Below are positions 1-8,220 of a DNA stretch of 32,000 nt, piece by piece; position 1 is the stretch's first letter, and the number at the start of each line of letters is the position of its first letter. The stretch comes from Pirellulales bacterium. GTDB taxonomy: Bacteria > Planctomycetota > Planctomycetia > Pirellulales > Pirellulaceae. The stretch lies in contig JAXMBK010000009.1 in the NCBI GenBank assembly GCA_046349935.1, forward strand, positions 141,455-173,454, read 5' to 3'. Position numbers and translations under genes: made by a program. The notes under the pieces were generated by a model. It was not told the DNA's origin. It did no database searches and saw nothing but the letters and a program-made list of their open reading frames with translations.

Positions 1-78
1 CAGCGTCCCCAGACGCAGCAGGTCGCGTCGTGACAGCGGCAGCTCGGAAGCATAGGATGTGGCCCGGACGTGCAACAT
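1..78 (-). CDS. 5' end of a gene running off the left edge; N-terminus looks like a twin-arginine (Tat) signal
   Basis: My translation of the reverse complement of 1-78 gives MLHVRATSYASELPLSRRDLLRLGTL, with ATG at 78-76. The SRRDLL motif resembles a Tat signal. It is absent from the ORF track, presumably because it is open at the window edge. Confidence 0.3.
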   Translation of the reverse strand, partial: MLHVRATSYASELPLSRRDLLRLGTL

Positions 79-198
79 GGACCGCTCGCGCGACGTGGCG
101 TGATTGGCTCGTGACCGTTGGCGTCCGCGCGCACCTCCGACGTTTCGAACGTGCGCCGTCGCCGCTCTCCAATGTAATTGATCAAGGACCTGTCTCGC

Positions 199-894
199 AT
201 GCCTCGTGAGCGAAACCGCACGATTCTGATTACGGGCGTCAGCCGCGGCCTGGGGCGGGCGATGGTCGCGCAGTTCGTGGAGCGCGGCTGCACGGTCGTC
301 GGGTGTGCTCGCCGCTGCGAGTCGGTGGACGAACTGAAATCCGAATATTGCGCGCCGCATCGCTTCCACTGCGTCGATGTGGCTGACGACGCGCAAGTCG
401 CCGCCTGGGCCCAAGAAATGCTCGCCGCCGTCGGCCCGCCCGATTTGCTCTTAAACAACGCGGCCGTCATCAACGCCAACGCCCCGCTGTGGGAAGTTCC
501 GCTCGACGACTTCGCCCGCTGCCTTGACATCAACGTCAAAGGTACGTTCCACGTACTACGGCACTTCCTACCGGCGATGGTGAAGCGGCGACAAGGCGTG
601 ATCGTCAACTTCAGCTCGGGTTGGGGACGAGCGACTTCGCCTGAGGTCGCACCCTATTGTGCGACGAAGTGGGCCATCGAAGGATTGACGCAGGCGTTAG
701 CGGAAGAGCTGCCGAGCGGCATGGCCGCCGTGCCGCTCAATCCAGGCATCATCGATACCGATATGCTCCGCAGTTGCTTTCAAGAGTCGGCCTCGGCCTA
801 CCCCGCGCCGGAACAGTGGGCCGCACGCGCCGTCCCCTTTTTGTTGGAACTCAATTCGCGTCACAACGGCCAGCCTCTGACTGTTCCCGGTTGA
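199..894 (+). CDS. SDR family short-chain dehydrogenase/reductase
   Basis: ORF 178..894. I prefer the internal ATG at 199 (MPRERNRTILITG...). It has the TGxxxGxG-type motif ILITGVSRGLG, an NNAA motif and the catalytic YCATK (YxxxK). Confidence 0.85.
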   Translation: MPRERNRTILITGVSRGLGRAMVAQFVERGCTVVGCARRCESVDELKSEYCAPHRFHCVDVADDAQVAAWAQEMLAAVGPPDLLLNNAAVINANAPLWEVPLDDFARCLDINVKGTFHVLRHFLPAMVKRRQGVIVNFSSGWGRATSPEVAPYCATKWAIEGLTQALAEELPSGMAAVPLNPGIIDTDMLRSCFQESASAYPAPEQWAARAVPFLLELNSRHNGQPLTVPG

Positions 895-935
895 GTCGCA
901 TCCGGCTACCGACAACTCCATCCAGGAAGGATGAC

Positions 936-2528
936 ATGGCGACCAGCGCCGCACCTCAGGACGTTCCCTACACCAGCCACGCGTTCGTGCAAACGCATCC
1001 GCGCCGCTTGTCGACCGTCGCTTGGCTGATGGGGCTCGACGCCCCGCCGCTTGCGACTTGCCGAGTGCTCGAATTGGGCTGCGCCGCAGGCGGCAACTTG
1101 CTGCCGATGGCGATCGAACTGCCCGACGCACAATTCGTGGGCGTCGACGTCTCCGCAACGTCGGTGCAGAAAGGCCGTCAAGCCATTGCGGAACTGCATC
1201 TGACGAACGTTTCGATCGAGCAGCATGACATCGCCGATTGGCAGTACGCGGGGCCGCCCTTCGACTACATCCTCGCGCACGGCGTCTACTCGTGGGTTCC
1301 ACCGCTCGTCCAACGGCGCATTCTCGAGATTTGTGCGCAGCATCTTGCACCCAACGGCGTCGCTTACCTCAGCTACAACACGCAACCCGGCTGGTCGCTG
1401 CGAGGCGTGGTGCGCGACTACTTGCGGTTCGCCGTCGACGCATCGCAACCGCCGTCGCAACGCGTTCATGACGCGCGACAACTGTTAGAGTTGCTGGGCG
1501 CCGCCTTTCCCGCCGGCCGCGCGCCGCAAGCCCCTCTGGTTCAACACGAACTGCAGCGACTCGCGAACCAAACCGACGACTACCTGTTCCACGAGTACCT
1601 GACGGCTGAAAACGAGCCGCTGTATTTTCGTGACTTCGCAGCCAGCTTGCGTCCCCATGGCCTGCGCTATCTGGGCGAAGCCGAGTACAGCTGGATGAGT
1701 TCCGCGGACTTGCCGCCCGAAGTCGCTCAATCCCTGCGGACTCGGGCTAGGACGCGCGAAGAGTTGGAACAGTTCCTCGACTTCGTCCGCTGGCAACTGT
1801 TCCGCCAGACGCTGGTGTGCCGCGACGTTCACGAGCCTGTATGGACGACGCCGCCCGAGCGGATGTACGACTTGCAACTGGCGGGCGAGTTGACGATGGA
1901 GGGACGCATCTCGCCCTTGGGCAGCAACGAGGTCGTAACGTTCTCGCGGCCCAAGTCGCGCATGTCCACGCCGCAACCTTTGGCGAAAGCCGCCCTCGCG
2001 ACGCTCGCTCAATCATGGCCGCGATGGTGGAAGTTCGGCGATTTGTTGCGCGAGTCCCTCTCGCGACTCGGCGTTCCCACCGCCCCGTCGACGCCCGTCG
2101 AGCAACTACCGCACGCCCGAGAACTTGCAGAAACCTTGCGTCGCGCCTATGGCGTCGCACTCGTCGAGGCCGCACGCACTCCTCCCCCCGTCGCCGACTC
2201 CATCGCGGCCCGCCCCGTCGCAGCGCTTTGGGCTCGTCGACAAGCGCAACGCACCGCGATCGTGCCCAACGCGGCTCACGCCTCCCATACGTTGCAAGGC
2301 TTCCAACGCTTCGTCCTCACGCAGCTCGACGGCGGTCGCGATCGCGAAGCGTTGCTCGACATCATCGAGCGCGAAGCCCGGGATTCTGTGTCGCTGACCG
2401 ACTCGCAAGGCGGAACCGTAACGGATCGACTCCGAGTCCGCGAGGTGCTCGGCGAAACACTCGACCGGACGCTTCAAGAACTACTTCAGCTGGGCTTTCT
2501 GCTGGCCGACCCCATGGACGATTCATGA
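936..2528 (+). CDS. Class I SAM-dependent methyltransferase with a long C-terminal methyltransferase-regulatory-type domain
   Basis: Real part of ORF 657..2528. ATG at 936 is preceded by AGGAAGG (924-930). SAM motif VLELGCAAGGNLLPMA. The long C-terminal domain (FHEYL...YFRDF...) is typical of this family. The region upstream of 936 overlaps the SDR gene and is Arg-rich noise. Confidence 0.75.
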   Translation: MATSAAPQDVPYTSHAFVQTHPRRLSTVAWLMGLDAPPLATCRVLELGCAAGGNLLPMAIELPDAQFVGVDVSATSVQKGRQAIAELHLTNVSIEQHDIADWQYAGPPFDYILAHGVYSWVPPLVQRRILEICAQHLAPNGVAYLSYNTQPGWSLRGVVRDYLRFAVDASQPPSQRVHDARQLLELLGAAFPAGRAPQAPLVQHELQRLANQTDDYLFHEYLTAENEPLYFRDFAASLRPHGLRYLGEAEYSWMSSADLPPEVAQSLRTRARTREELEQFLDFVRWQLFRQTLVCRDVHEPVWTTPPERMYDLQLAGELTMEGRISPLGSNEVVTFSRPKSRMSTPQPLAKAALATLAQSWPRWWKFGDLLRESLSRLGVPTAPSTPVEQLPHARELAETLRRAYGVALVEAARTPPPVADSIAARPVAALWARRQAQRTAIVPNAAHASHTLQGFQRFVLTQLDGGRDREALLDIIEREARDSVSLTDSQGGTVTDRLRVREVLGETLDRTLQELLQLGFLLADPMDDS

Positions 2529-3319
2529 TGCGCGAACACGTCGTCTTGCAGTTCTCCGACCTGCATCTATTCACCGATCGCCGACGCGAGCTGAAGGAAG
2601 TGCGGACCTGGGACCGTTGGCTCCAGGTGCTCGCCGACGCGCGCGCTCGCTTTCCGTCTCCCGATCTGATCGTCGTCACGGGCGATGTGGCCCACGATGA
2701 ACTGCCGTCGACCTACGAGTCGCTGGCCGAGACGTTGGGCGACTGGCGCACTCGCTGCCGTTTCCTGCCGGGGAACCACGATCTGCGACGCGGCTTTCGA
2801 TGGGCGTTTCCCGAACTGTTCCCCGCCGCTCACGGCGCCGGCTCGCTCGACCTCGACGCTCCGCTGCAGTTCTCCATCGGACTGGGACGCTGGCGACTCA
2901 TCGGACTCGATACGCATCTGCCGGGCCAAGTCGCGGGGCGCATGCACGACGCTCAATCTGAATGGCTGGCGAATCAACTACGTGATTTTTCTTCGTCTCC
3001 GACGCTGCTGTTTCAGCACCATCCGCCGCTCGCGGTCGGCACGCCGTGGCTGGATCCTTTAATGCTGGAGAACCCCGAGGCCCTAGCCCAGCGACTCGAC
3101 GGCGCCTTCCAAGTCTCCGCCATCTTCACGGGGCACGTGCATCAAGAGCGCTGCTTGGCGTGGGAAGAGCTGGAGGTCTTTACGACGCCGTCGACCGCGA
3201 TCCAATTTCTGCCGGGCGCCGCCGAGTTTGCGATCGAGCATGCGCCGCCCGGCTACCGCGTCATCCGCCTGGCCGACGCGAACTGGGCCACGGAGGTGAT
3301 GCGAGTGCGAGTTCCGTGA
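2525..3319 (+). CDS. Metallophosphoesterase (CpdA-like cyclic-nucleotide phosphodiesterase family)
   Basis: Real part of ORF 1817..3319. ATG at 2525 overlaps the upstream TGA (ATGA coupling). Full calcineurin-like motif set is present: SDLH, GDVAHD, GNHD, QHHPP, GHVH. Confidence 0.85.
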   Translation: MMREHVVLQFSDLHLFTDRRRELKEVRTWDRWLQVLADARARFPSPDLIVVTGDVAHDELPSTYESLAETLGDWRTRCRFLPGNHDLRRGFRWAFPELFPAAHGAGSLDLDAPLQFSIGLGRWRLIGLDTHLPGQVAGRMHDAQSEWLANQLRDFSSSPTLLFQHHPPLAVGTPWLDPLMLENPEALAQRLDGAFQVSAIFTGHVHQERCLAWEELEVFTTPSTAIQFLPGAAEFAIEHAPPGYRVIRLADANWATEVMRVRVP

Positions 3320-3329
3320 CGGGGATGGG

Positions 3330-3680
3330 CCACCGAGTCCACCGAGCGGCCAAGTAGGGTGGGCCAAGCGAGGCTTTGCGAGCGCGGGCCCACCAAGGAA
3401 TCTCCTTAGCCACCGAGTCCACCGAGCTCACCGAGCAGGGAAGGAAGGAATGTAGGGTAGGCCAAGCGAGGCTTTGCGAGCGCGGGCCCACCAAGGAATC
3501 TCCTTAGCCACCGAGTCCACCGAGCTCACCGAGCAGGGAAGGAAGGAATGTAGGGTGGGCCAAGCGAGGCTTTGCGAGCGCGGGCCCACCAAGGAATCTC
3601 TTTAGCCACCGAGTCCACCGAGCTCACCGAGCAGGGAAGGAAGGAATGTAGGGTGGGCCAAGCGAGGCTTTGCGAGCGCG
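3330..3680. repeat. Tandem array, 98-bp unit, about 3.5 copies
   Basis: The box GTAGGGTGGGCCAAGC starts at 3354, 3452 (1 mismatch), 3550 and 3648, an exact 98-bp period. Each unit holds a hairpin GGTGGGCC-N21-GGCCCACC (e.g. 3358-3394). Each also holds a 9-bp triple CCACCGAGT/CCACCGAGC/TCACCGAGC (e.g. 3410-3436). The first copy is truncated. Confidence 0.9.
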
Positions 3681-3902
3681 GGCCCACCACGCGTTGGGCG
3701 TTCTGAGGCGCAACGGTGGGCCCGCGCCGGGCGTGGCGGATTGCTGGTGAATAGGAGACGATTTTCGCCCGGCTTGGCCCACCCTACTTGATCTGTGGCC
3801 CACCACGCGTTGGGCGTTCAGAGGCGCAACGGTGGGCCCGCGCCGGGCGTGGCGGATGGTTGGTGAAGGGAGCACGATTTTCGCCGGCTTGGCCCACCCT
3901 AC
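3681..3902. repeat. Second tandem repeat, 115/116-bp unit x2, carrying the same terminal box in inverted orientation
   Basis: GGCCCACCACGCGTTGGGCGTTC.GAGGCGCAACGGTGGGCC starts at 3681 and 3797. The reverse-complement box GCTTGGCCCACCCTAC lies at 3772-3787 and 3887-3902. There is an internal hairpin GGCCCACC...GGTGGGCC. Confidence 0.9.
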
Positions 3903-4675
3903 TTCAGCAGCGATTGGGCGTTGCGGTGGGCGATGGCGGAACGCTGGTCTTCCGTCAACGGCGACTCGCGGAGCTTCAGGCGCGCGGCGACGAAGTAGAA
4001 GAAGGGTGCGTGAGACCCGAACAGCACGCGTTCCAGCGGCAGTTTTTGCAACACGTTCTCCAGCCCGCCGACTCCTTCGAGATTCGCGACGTCGACATAC
4101 ACGTCGCCTGCCGCCACCGTCGCGGCGATCAAATCGAGCGAATTCCCGCGGAACGGATTCAGCAACTGGAGTCGCAAGCCGGGGCGCGCGTGCATCAAAT
4201 CGGCCAGCGGTCCCAAGGCGACCGGGGCGGCGCGCGCCAAGTGAGACTGCGTTCGTTCGTCTTCAATCATCACCGCCAACTGCACGAACAATTTGGCCGC
4301 CGCCAGCACATCCAGCAGTTCCGCGAACAGGGGATCGTCAAGTCGATAGCCGTGATAGCCTGGGTAGAGTCGCACGCCGCGAAAACGATGTTTGTCGATG
4401 ATCCGAGCGACATCAGTTCGCCAGTCCGGCAAGCGTGGATTCAAGACGCCGATCGGTTCGAACAGGCCGTCCCCCGTCGTGCGGCACGTCTGTGCGAGAC
4501 GTTCATGAACGCCTTCCAGATCGCGCTGAAACACGCCTTCGAAACTGCTCGCCCACGCTCGTTCCACCCCTTCCGATCGCAGTTGCTCGGCCAACTTCTC
4601 CGGCGCGTCGCCGACGATGCGACGAAAGGGCCAACGGTCGAGCGTGACGTGCGTGTCGACGAGCGGCGGATTCAT
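3899..4675 (-). CDS. Amidohydrolase-2 type metal-dependent hydrolase (TIM barrel)
   Basis: ORF 3899..4675. The N-terminal VDTHVTL resembles the xDxHxH metal motif region of PF04909-like proteins. Composition is balanced. The TAG stop (3901-3899) lies inside the repeat box. Confidence 0.75.
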   Translation of the reverse strand: MNPPLVDTHVTLDRWPFRRIVGDAPEKLAEQLRSEGVERAWASSFEGVFQRDLEGVHERLAQTCRTTGDGLFEPIGVLNPRLPDWRTDVARIIDKHRFRGVRLYPGYHGYRLDDPLFAELLDVLAAAKLFVQLAVMIEDERTQSHLARAAPVALGPLADLMHARPGLRLQLLNPFRGNSLDLIAATVAAGDVYVDVANLEGVGGLENVLQKLPLERVLFGSHAPFFYFVAARLKLRESPLTEDQRSAIAHRNAQSLLK

Positions 4676-4774
4676 GCGGGGGGCGCCCTTGAGCGGAGGC
4701 GGTCGATTCGGGCAGAATCTTACGCGTCGCGGCGGCGACTCACAATCGGCTCACCTCCTTGGAGTCCCAGCATC

Positions 4775-5833
4775 ATGCCGTCGCTTCAACCCGTGGATCG
4801 CCGCATGTTTCTCGGCGCCTCCGCCGCGCTCGCATCGCAAGCCGCGACGCTGTGCGTTCGCAGTTCGTCGACGCTCGCCTCGCCGCCGTCGGCCCCTCGA
4901 CCGGCTCAGATCGCCATTACGCTCGACCTTGAGATGAGCGCGCAATACCCGCGTCGCGAAATGACGGAATGGAATTACGAGAAAGGGAACTTGGACGAGG
5001 ACACGAAGCGCTACGCACTCGAAGCCGCGCGGCGCGTCGCACGCCGCGGCGGCGTGATTCACTTTTTCTGCGTCGGCCGAGTGTTGGAACAGCCGAACAT
5101 CGATTGGCTGTTGGAGATCGCCCAACTGGGGCACCCGATCGGCAATCATACTTACGACCATATCAATGTGACGGCGCAGTCGGCAAGCGACCTACAGTTC
5201 CGATTCCAACGCGCGCCGTGGCTCTTGGGCGGGCAAGCGATCCCCGACGCCATCCGCGAGAACATTCGGCTCGCCAGCACGGCGCTGGCCAGTCGCGGGA
5301 AGATCAACGTCAACGGATTTCGCACGCCCGGCGGGTTCCACCGCGGGCTTGTTGATCGTCCCGATCTGCAAGCCATGTTGCTGGACTTGGGATACTCGTG
5401 GATCAGTTCCAAGTATCCCGCGCATCCGGCGGGGACGCCGAAGCAACCGCCCAGCGACGAGGTGTACGCAGCGATCGTGTCGGCCCAACAGGAGGCCCAG
5501 CCGTTTGTCTACCCCAGCGGGCTGGTGGAGATTCCGATGAGTCCGATCAGCGACGTCACGGCGTTTCGGACGCACTATTGGAAACGCGAGTATTTCTTGC
5601 GTGCGATCGGCGCGTCGGTGGATTGGGCGATTGAAACAGGCGGGGCCTTCAATTTCCTGGCGCATCCCTCTTGCTTGGTCGTGGAAGATCCAGGTTTTGA
5701 AACGATTGATCTGATCTGCGATCGAGTCGCCCAGGCGGGGACTCGTGCGCAGCTCGTGGGACTCGATAAAATCGCAGCGAGAATGACGGCGGACAAACCG
5801 AGCCGCGAGGCCAAGTCGGCGGCGCCGCGTTAG
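4775..5833 (+). CDS. Polysaccharide deacetylase family protein with Tat-like signal
   Basis: Real part of ORF 3788..5833. ATG at 4775 (MPSLQPVDRRMFLGASAALASQAA). NodB-like HPIGNHTYDH motif. The ORF part upstream of 4775 is antisense to the amidohydrolase gene. Confidence 0.75.
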   Translation: MPSLQPVDRRMFLGASAALASQAATLCVRSSSTLASPPSAPRPAQIAITLDLEMSAQYPRREMTEWNYEKGNLDEDTKRYALEAARRVARRGGVIHFFCVGRVLEQPNIDWLLEIAQLGHPIGNHTYDHINVTAQSASDLQFRFQRAPWLLGGQAIPDAIRENIRLASTALASRGKINVNGFRTPGGFHRGLVDRPDLQAMLLDLGYSWISSKYPAHPAGTPKQPPSDEVYAAIVSAQQEAQPFVYPSGLVEIPMSPISDVTAFRTHYWKREYFLRAIGASVDWAIETGGAFNFLAHPSCLVVEDPGFETIDLICDRVAQAGTRAQLVGLDKIAARMTADKPSREAKSAAPR

Positions 5834-5878
5834 CGGACGGCGGAGAAGTTCAACACAGTCAGGCCAAACGGGGAACGC

Positions 5879-7057
5879 ATGCACTACACGGGACGTCGCT
5901 ATGACACGAGTCGGCCCGCCACGATTGAGACCGCGTACGGGCGCATCGTTCGCGTCCGCGACAGGCCTGATCTGTCGGGGGCGCCGCTGCCGTGGATCTC
6001 GCCAGGATTCGTCGACCTGCAGATCAACGGCTACGGCGGGCAAGAGTTCAATGAACTGGGAATCACCCCCGACGATGTGCGCCGCATCGTGCTCGCTCAA
6101 GACGCGTGCGGCGTCACCGGCTTTTGTCCCACGACGACGACCCAATCCTTCGAAGCGCTCGACGGCGCCATGCGGGCGCTGGCCGCGGCCTGCGACACGA
6201 TGCCGGAGGTGGCGCGTCGCGTCGTCGGCATCCATGTCGAAGGTCCCTACATCTCGCTCGAGGACGGCCCGCGCGGCGCTCATCCCAAACAGTATGTTCG
6301 GCCGCCGGACTGGAGCGAGTTTCAACGGTGGCAGGAGTCGGCGGGAGGGCGTATTCGGATCGTGACGATGTCGCCCGAATACGACGCAGCGCCGGAGTTC
6401 ATACGTAAGGCGACGGCGGCGGGGGTCGTCGTGGCGATCGGCCATACCAACGCTTCCGGCGACCAAATTCGAGCGGCCGTCGACGCGGGCGCTAGGTTCA
6501 GTACGCACCTCGGAAACGCCGCGCACCCCAGAATTCGCAGGCATCCGAATTACATTTGGGAACAGTTGGCCGAGGATCGACTTTGGGCGTCGCTGATCGT
6601 CGATGGCTGCCATCTGCCGCCTGCCGTCGTGAAGTCGTTCGTGCGCGGCAAGACGCCCGAGCGGTGTTTGCTCGTCAGCGACATCACGGGCATGGCCGGG
6701 ATGCCCGCGGGTTACTATGAACGCACGTCGCTCGGGGCGATCGAAATCCTCGAAGACGGCCGATTGGTGGTCGGCGGCCAGCGCGATCTGCTGGCGGGCG
6801 CATCGCTGCCGATCGCGGTCGGCGTCGTCAATGTGCAGCGTTTCGCCGGCTTGTCGTTGTCGCAAGCCATCGACATGGCCAGCCTCCGTCCGGCTCAATT
6901 GGTCGGCGCTCCCGTCTGTCGACTGGAAGCAGGGGCGCCCGCCGACCTGATCCAATTCGATCTGTCGGATGATCCGGCGACGCCCGCGACACAAGCACTG
7001 CGGGTGCGAGCGACGATTCTCGGCGGCGAAGTGGTCTACGGCGAGGCGCAGGGATGA
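5879..7057 (+). CDS. nagA: N-acetylglucosamine-6-phosphate deacetylase family amidohydrolase
   Basis: Motifs [26 protein letters not shown] and THLGNA match the NagA pattern of the E. coli Q/N type. Confidence 0.8.
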   Translation: MHYTGRRYDTSRPATIETAYGRIVRVRDRPDLSGAPLPWISPGFVDLQINGYGGQEFNELGITPDDVRRIVLAQDACGVTGFCPTTTTQSFEALDGAMRALAAACDTMPEVARRVVGIHVEGPYISLEDGPRGAHPKQYVRPPDWSEFQRWQESAGGRIRIVTMSPEYDAAPEFIRKATAAGVVVAIGHTNASGDQIRAAVDAGARFSTHLGNAAHPRIRRHPNYIWEQLAEDRLWASLIVDGCHLPPAVVKSFVRGKTPERCLLVSDITGMAGMPAGYYERTSLGAIEILEDGRLVVGGQRDLLAGASLPIAVGVVNVQRFAGLSLSQAIDMASLRPAQLVGAPVCRLEAGAPADLIQFDLSDDPATPATQALRVRATILGGEVVYGEAQG

Positions 7058-7776
7058 GCAAGAACGAGACGATGATGACCGAACGACGACGCGCGGTGGT
7101 GTTATTGAGCGGCGGACTGGATTCGGCCACTGCGCTGGCTGTGTGTCAGCAGCAAGGTTTCGAAGCGTATGCGATTAGCTTTCGGTATGGGCAGCGACAC
7201 GCCGTCGAATTGGCCGCGGCGGACGCCGTCGCGCGCCGACAGCAGGTCGCTCGACACATCGTGGTCGACATCGATCTGCGGGCGTTCGGCGGTTCCGCTT
7301 TGACGGCCGACTTGCCGGTTCCCAAACACAACGACGTTTCCGAAATCGGGGCAGGCATTCCGCTCACCTACGTCCCGGCTCGCAATACGATCTTTTTGTC
7401 GCTGGCGCTGGGGTGGGCCGAGACGCTCGACGCCGGCGATTTGTTCGTCGGCGTCAATGCGGTCGACTACAGCGGCTATCCCGATTGTCGGCCTGAATAC
7501 ATCGCGGCCTTCGAGCGGATGGCCAATCTGGCGACGCGGGCCGCGGTGACGGGCGAGCGGCCGGTACGCATCCACGCTCCCTTAATTGCCTGGACGAAAG
7601 CTCAGATTATTCAACGCGGCGTGGAACTCGGCGTCGACTACTCGCTCACCACGTCTTGTTACGATCCCGACGATCAGGGCCGGTCCTGCGGATACTGTGA
7701 TTCGTGTCTGTTGCGTCGTCGAGGATTCGCCGACGCGGGCATTCCCGATCCCACTCGTTATGGCGCACCGCTGTAA
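7054..7776 (+). CDS. queC: 7-cyano-7-deazaguanine synthase
   Basis: PP-loop [20 protein letters not shown], and the zinc cluster [18 protein letters not shown]. The ATG overlaps the nagA stop (ATGA at 7054-7057). Confidence 0.9.
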   Translation: MSKNETMMTERRRAVVLLSGGLDSATALAVCQQQGFEAYAISFRYGQRHAVELAAADAVARRQQVARHIVVDIDLRAFGGSALTADLPVPKHNDVSEIGAGIPLTYVPARNTIFLSLALGWAETLDAGDLFVGVNAVDYSGYPDCRPEYIAAFERMANLATRAAVTGERPVRIHAPLIAWTKAQIIQRGVELGVDYSLTTSCYDPDDQGRSCGYCDSCLLRRRGFADAGIPDPTRYGAPL

Positions 7777-7797
7777 CGGTCGCCGAGGGCGCTCGAC

Positions 7798-8220
7798 ATG
7801 CCGTACATATTTCTCAATCCCGACGGCAGCGTGCAAACGGGGCTGTGGGTGATCGTGGAACAAACGACGGGCGTCAAGTACGCGCAGCAGTGCGGCGGCC
7901 ATGCGACCGAAATCAAGGTGCTCGAAGGCTTCCTCATCCCCGTCGGCGGCCCGGCCGAAGCCAAACGAATCTATCAGTGGTTTTGGAAACGGTTCGCCGG
8001 CAATTGCTCCACGGGGAAAGTGGAGTGGCAGGACGACTGGATCGCGCAACTGGGGGAACTCGTCCGCGCCATCCCCTGTTGGCAAACTCGGGCCAATGGC
8101 GAAGACAAGCGACACTTTCTGGAATTGGACGTCAACCGCATCGAAGAATGCGTCGAGGCCTGGATTCCGGTGCGCACCCCTTACGGCCCAGGAGTCCTGA
8201 CGCTGGATAACTCCGATTAA
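7798..8220 (+). CDS. Hypothetical protein, 140 aa, no family recognised
   Basis: Third codon positions are G/C-rich and composition is balanced (W- and C-containing). It lies 21 bp downstream of queC. The competing antisense ORF 7582..8406 is Arg-rich and looks spurious. Confidence 0.6.
   Translation: MPYIFLNPDGSVQTGLWVIVEQTTGVKYAQQCGGHATEIKVLEGFLIPVGGPAEAKRIYQWFWKRFAGNCSTGKVEWQDDWIAQLGELVRAIPCWQTRANGEDKRHFLELDVNRIEECVEAWIPVRTPYGPGVLTLDNSD

Noticed and set aside
657-935. N-terminal extensions of track ORFs (657..935, 1817..2524, 3788..4774, 16171..16818, 19885..20136, 21354..21488, 11535..11897, 13500..13772)
   Set aside because: Each extension overlaps a well-supported neighbouring gene or repeat. 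Each has Arg-rich composition and an internal start with better context (SD, ATGA coupling, or a signal peptide right after it).
3261-3875. ORFs 3261..3494(-) and 3624..3875(-) inside the repeat array, both containing WWARARKASLGPPY
   Set aside because: They are translations of the repeat units themselves. They are Arg/Pro-rich with no start context, so spurious.
3330-3902. Possible CRISPR array (regular repeats with hairpins)
   Set aside because: The 98-bp and 116-bp units abut each other and are conserved along their whole length. There are no unique spacers, the repeat length is far above CRISPR range, and no cas genes are nearby.
5192-6994. 600-aa ORF antisense to the deacetylase and nagA genes
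   Set aside because: It has extreme Arg/Ala/Pro bias typical of antisense frames in high-GC DNA. The sense-strand genes have clear family motifs.
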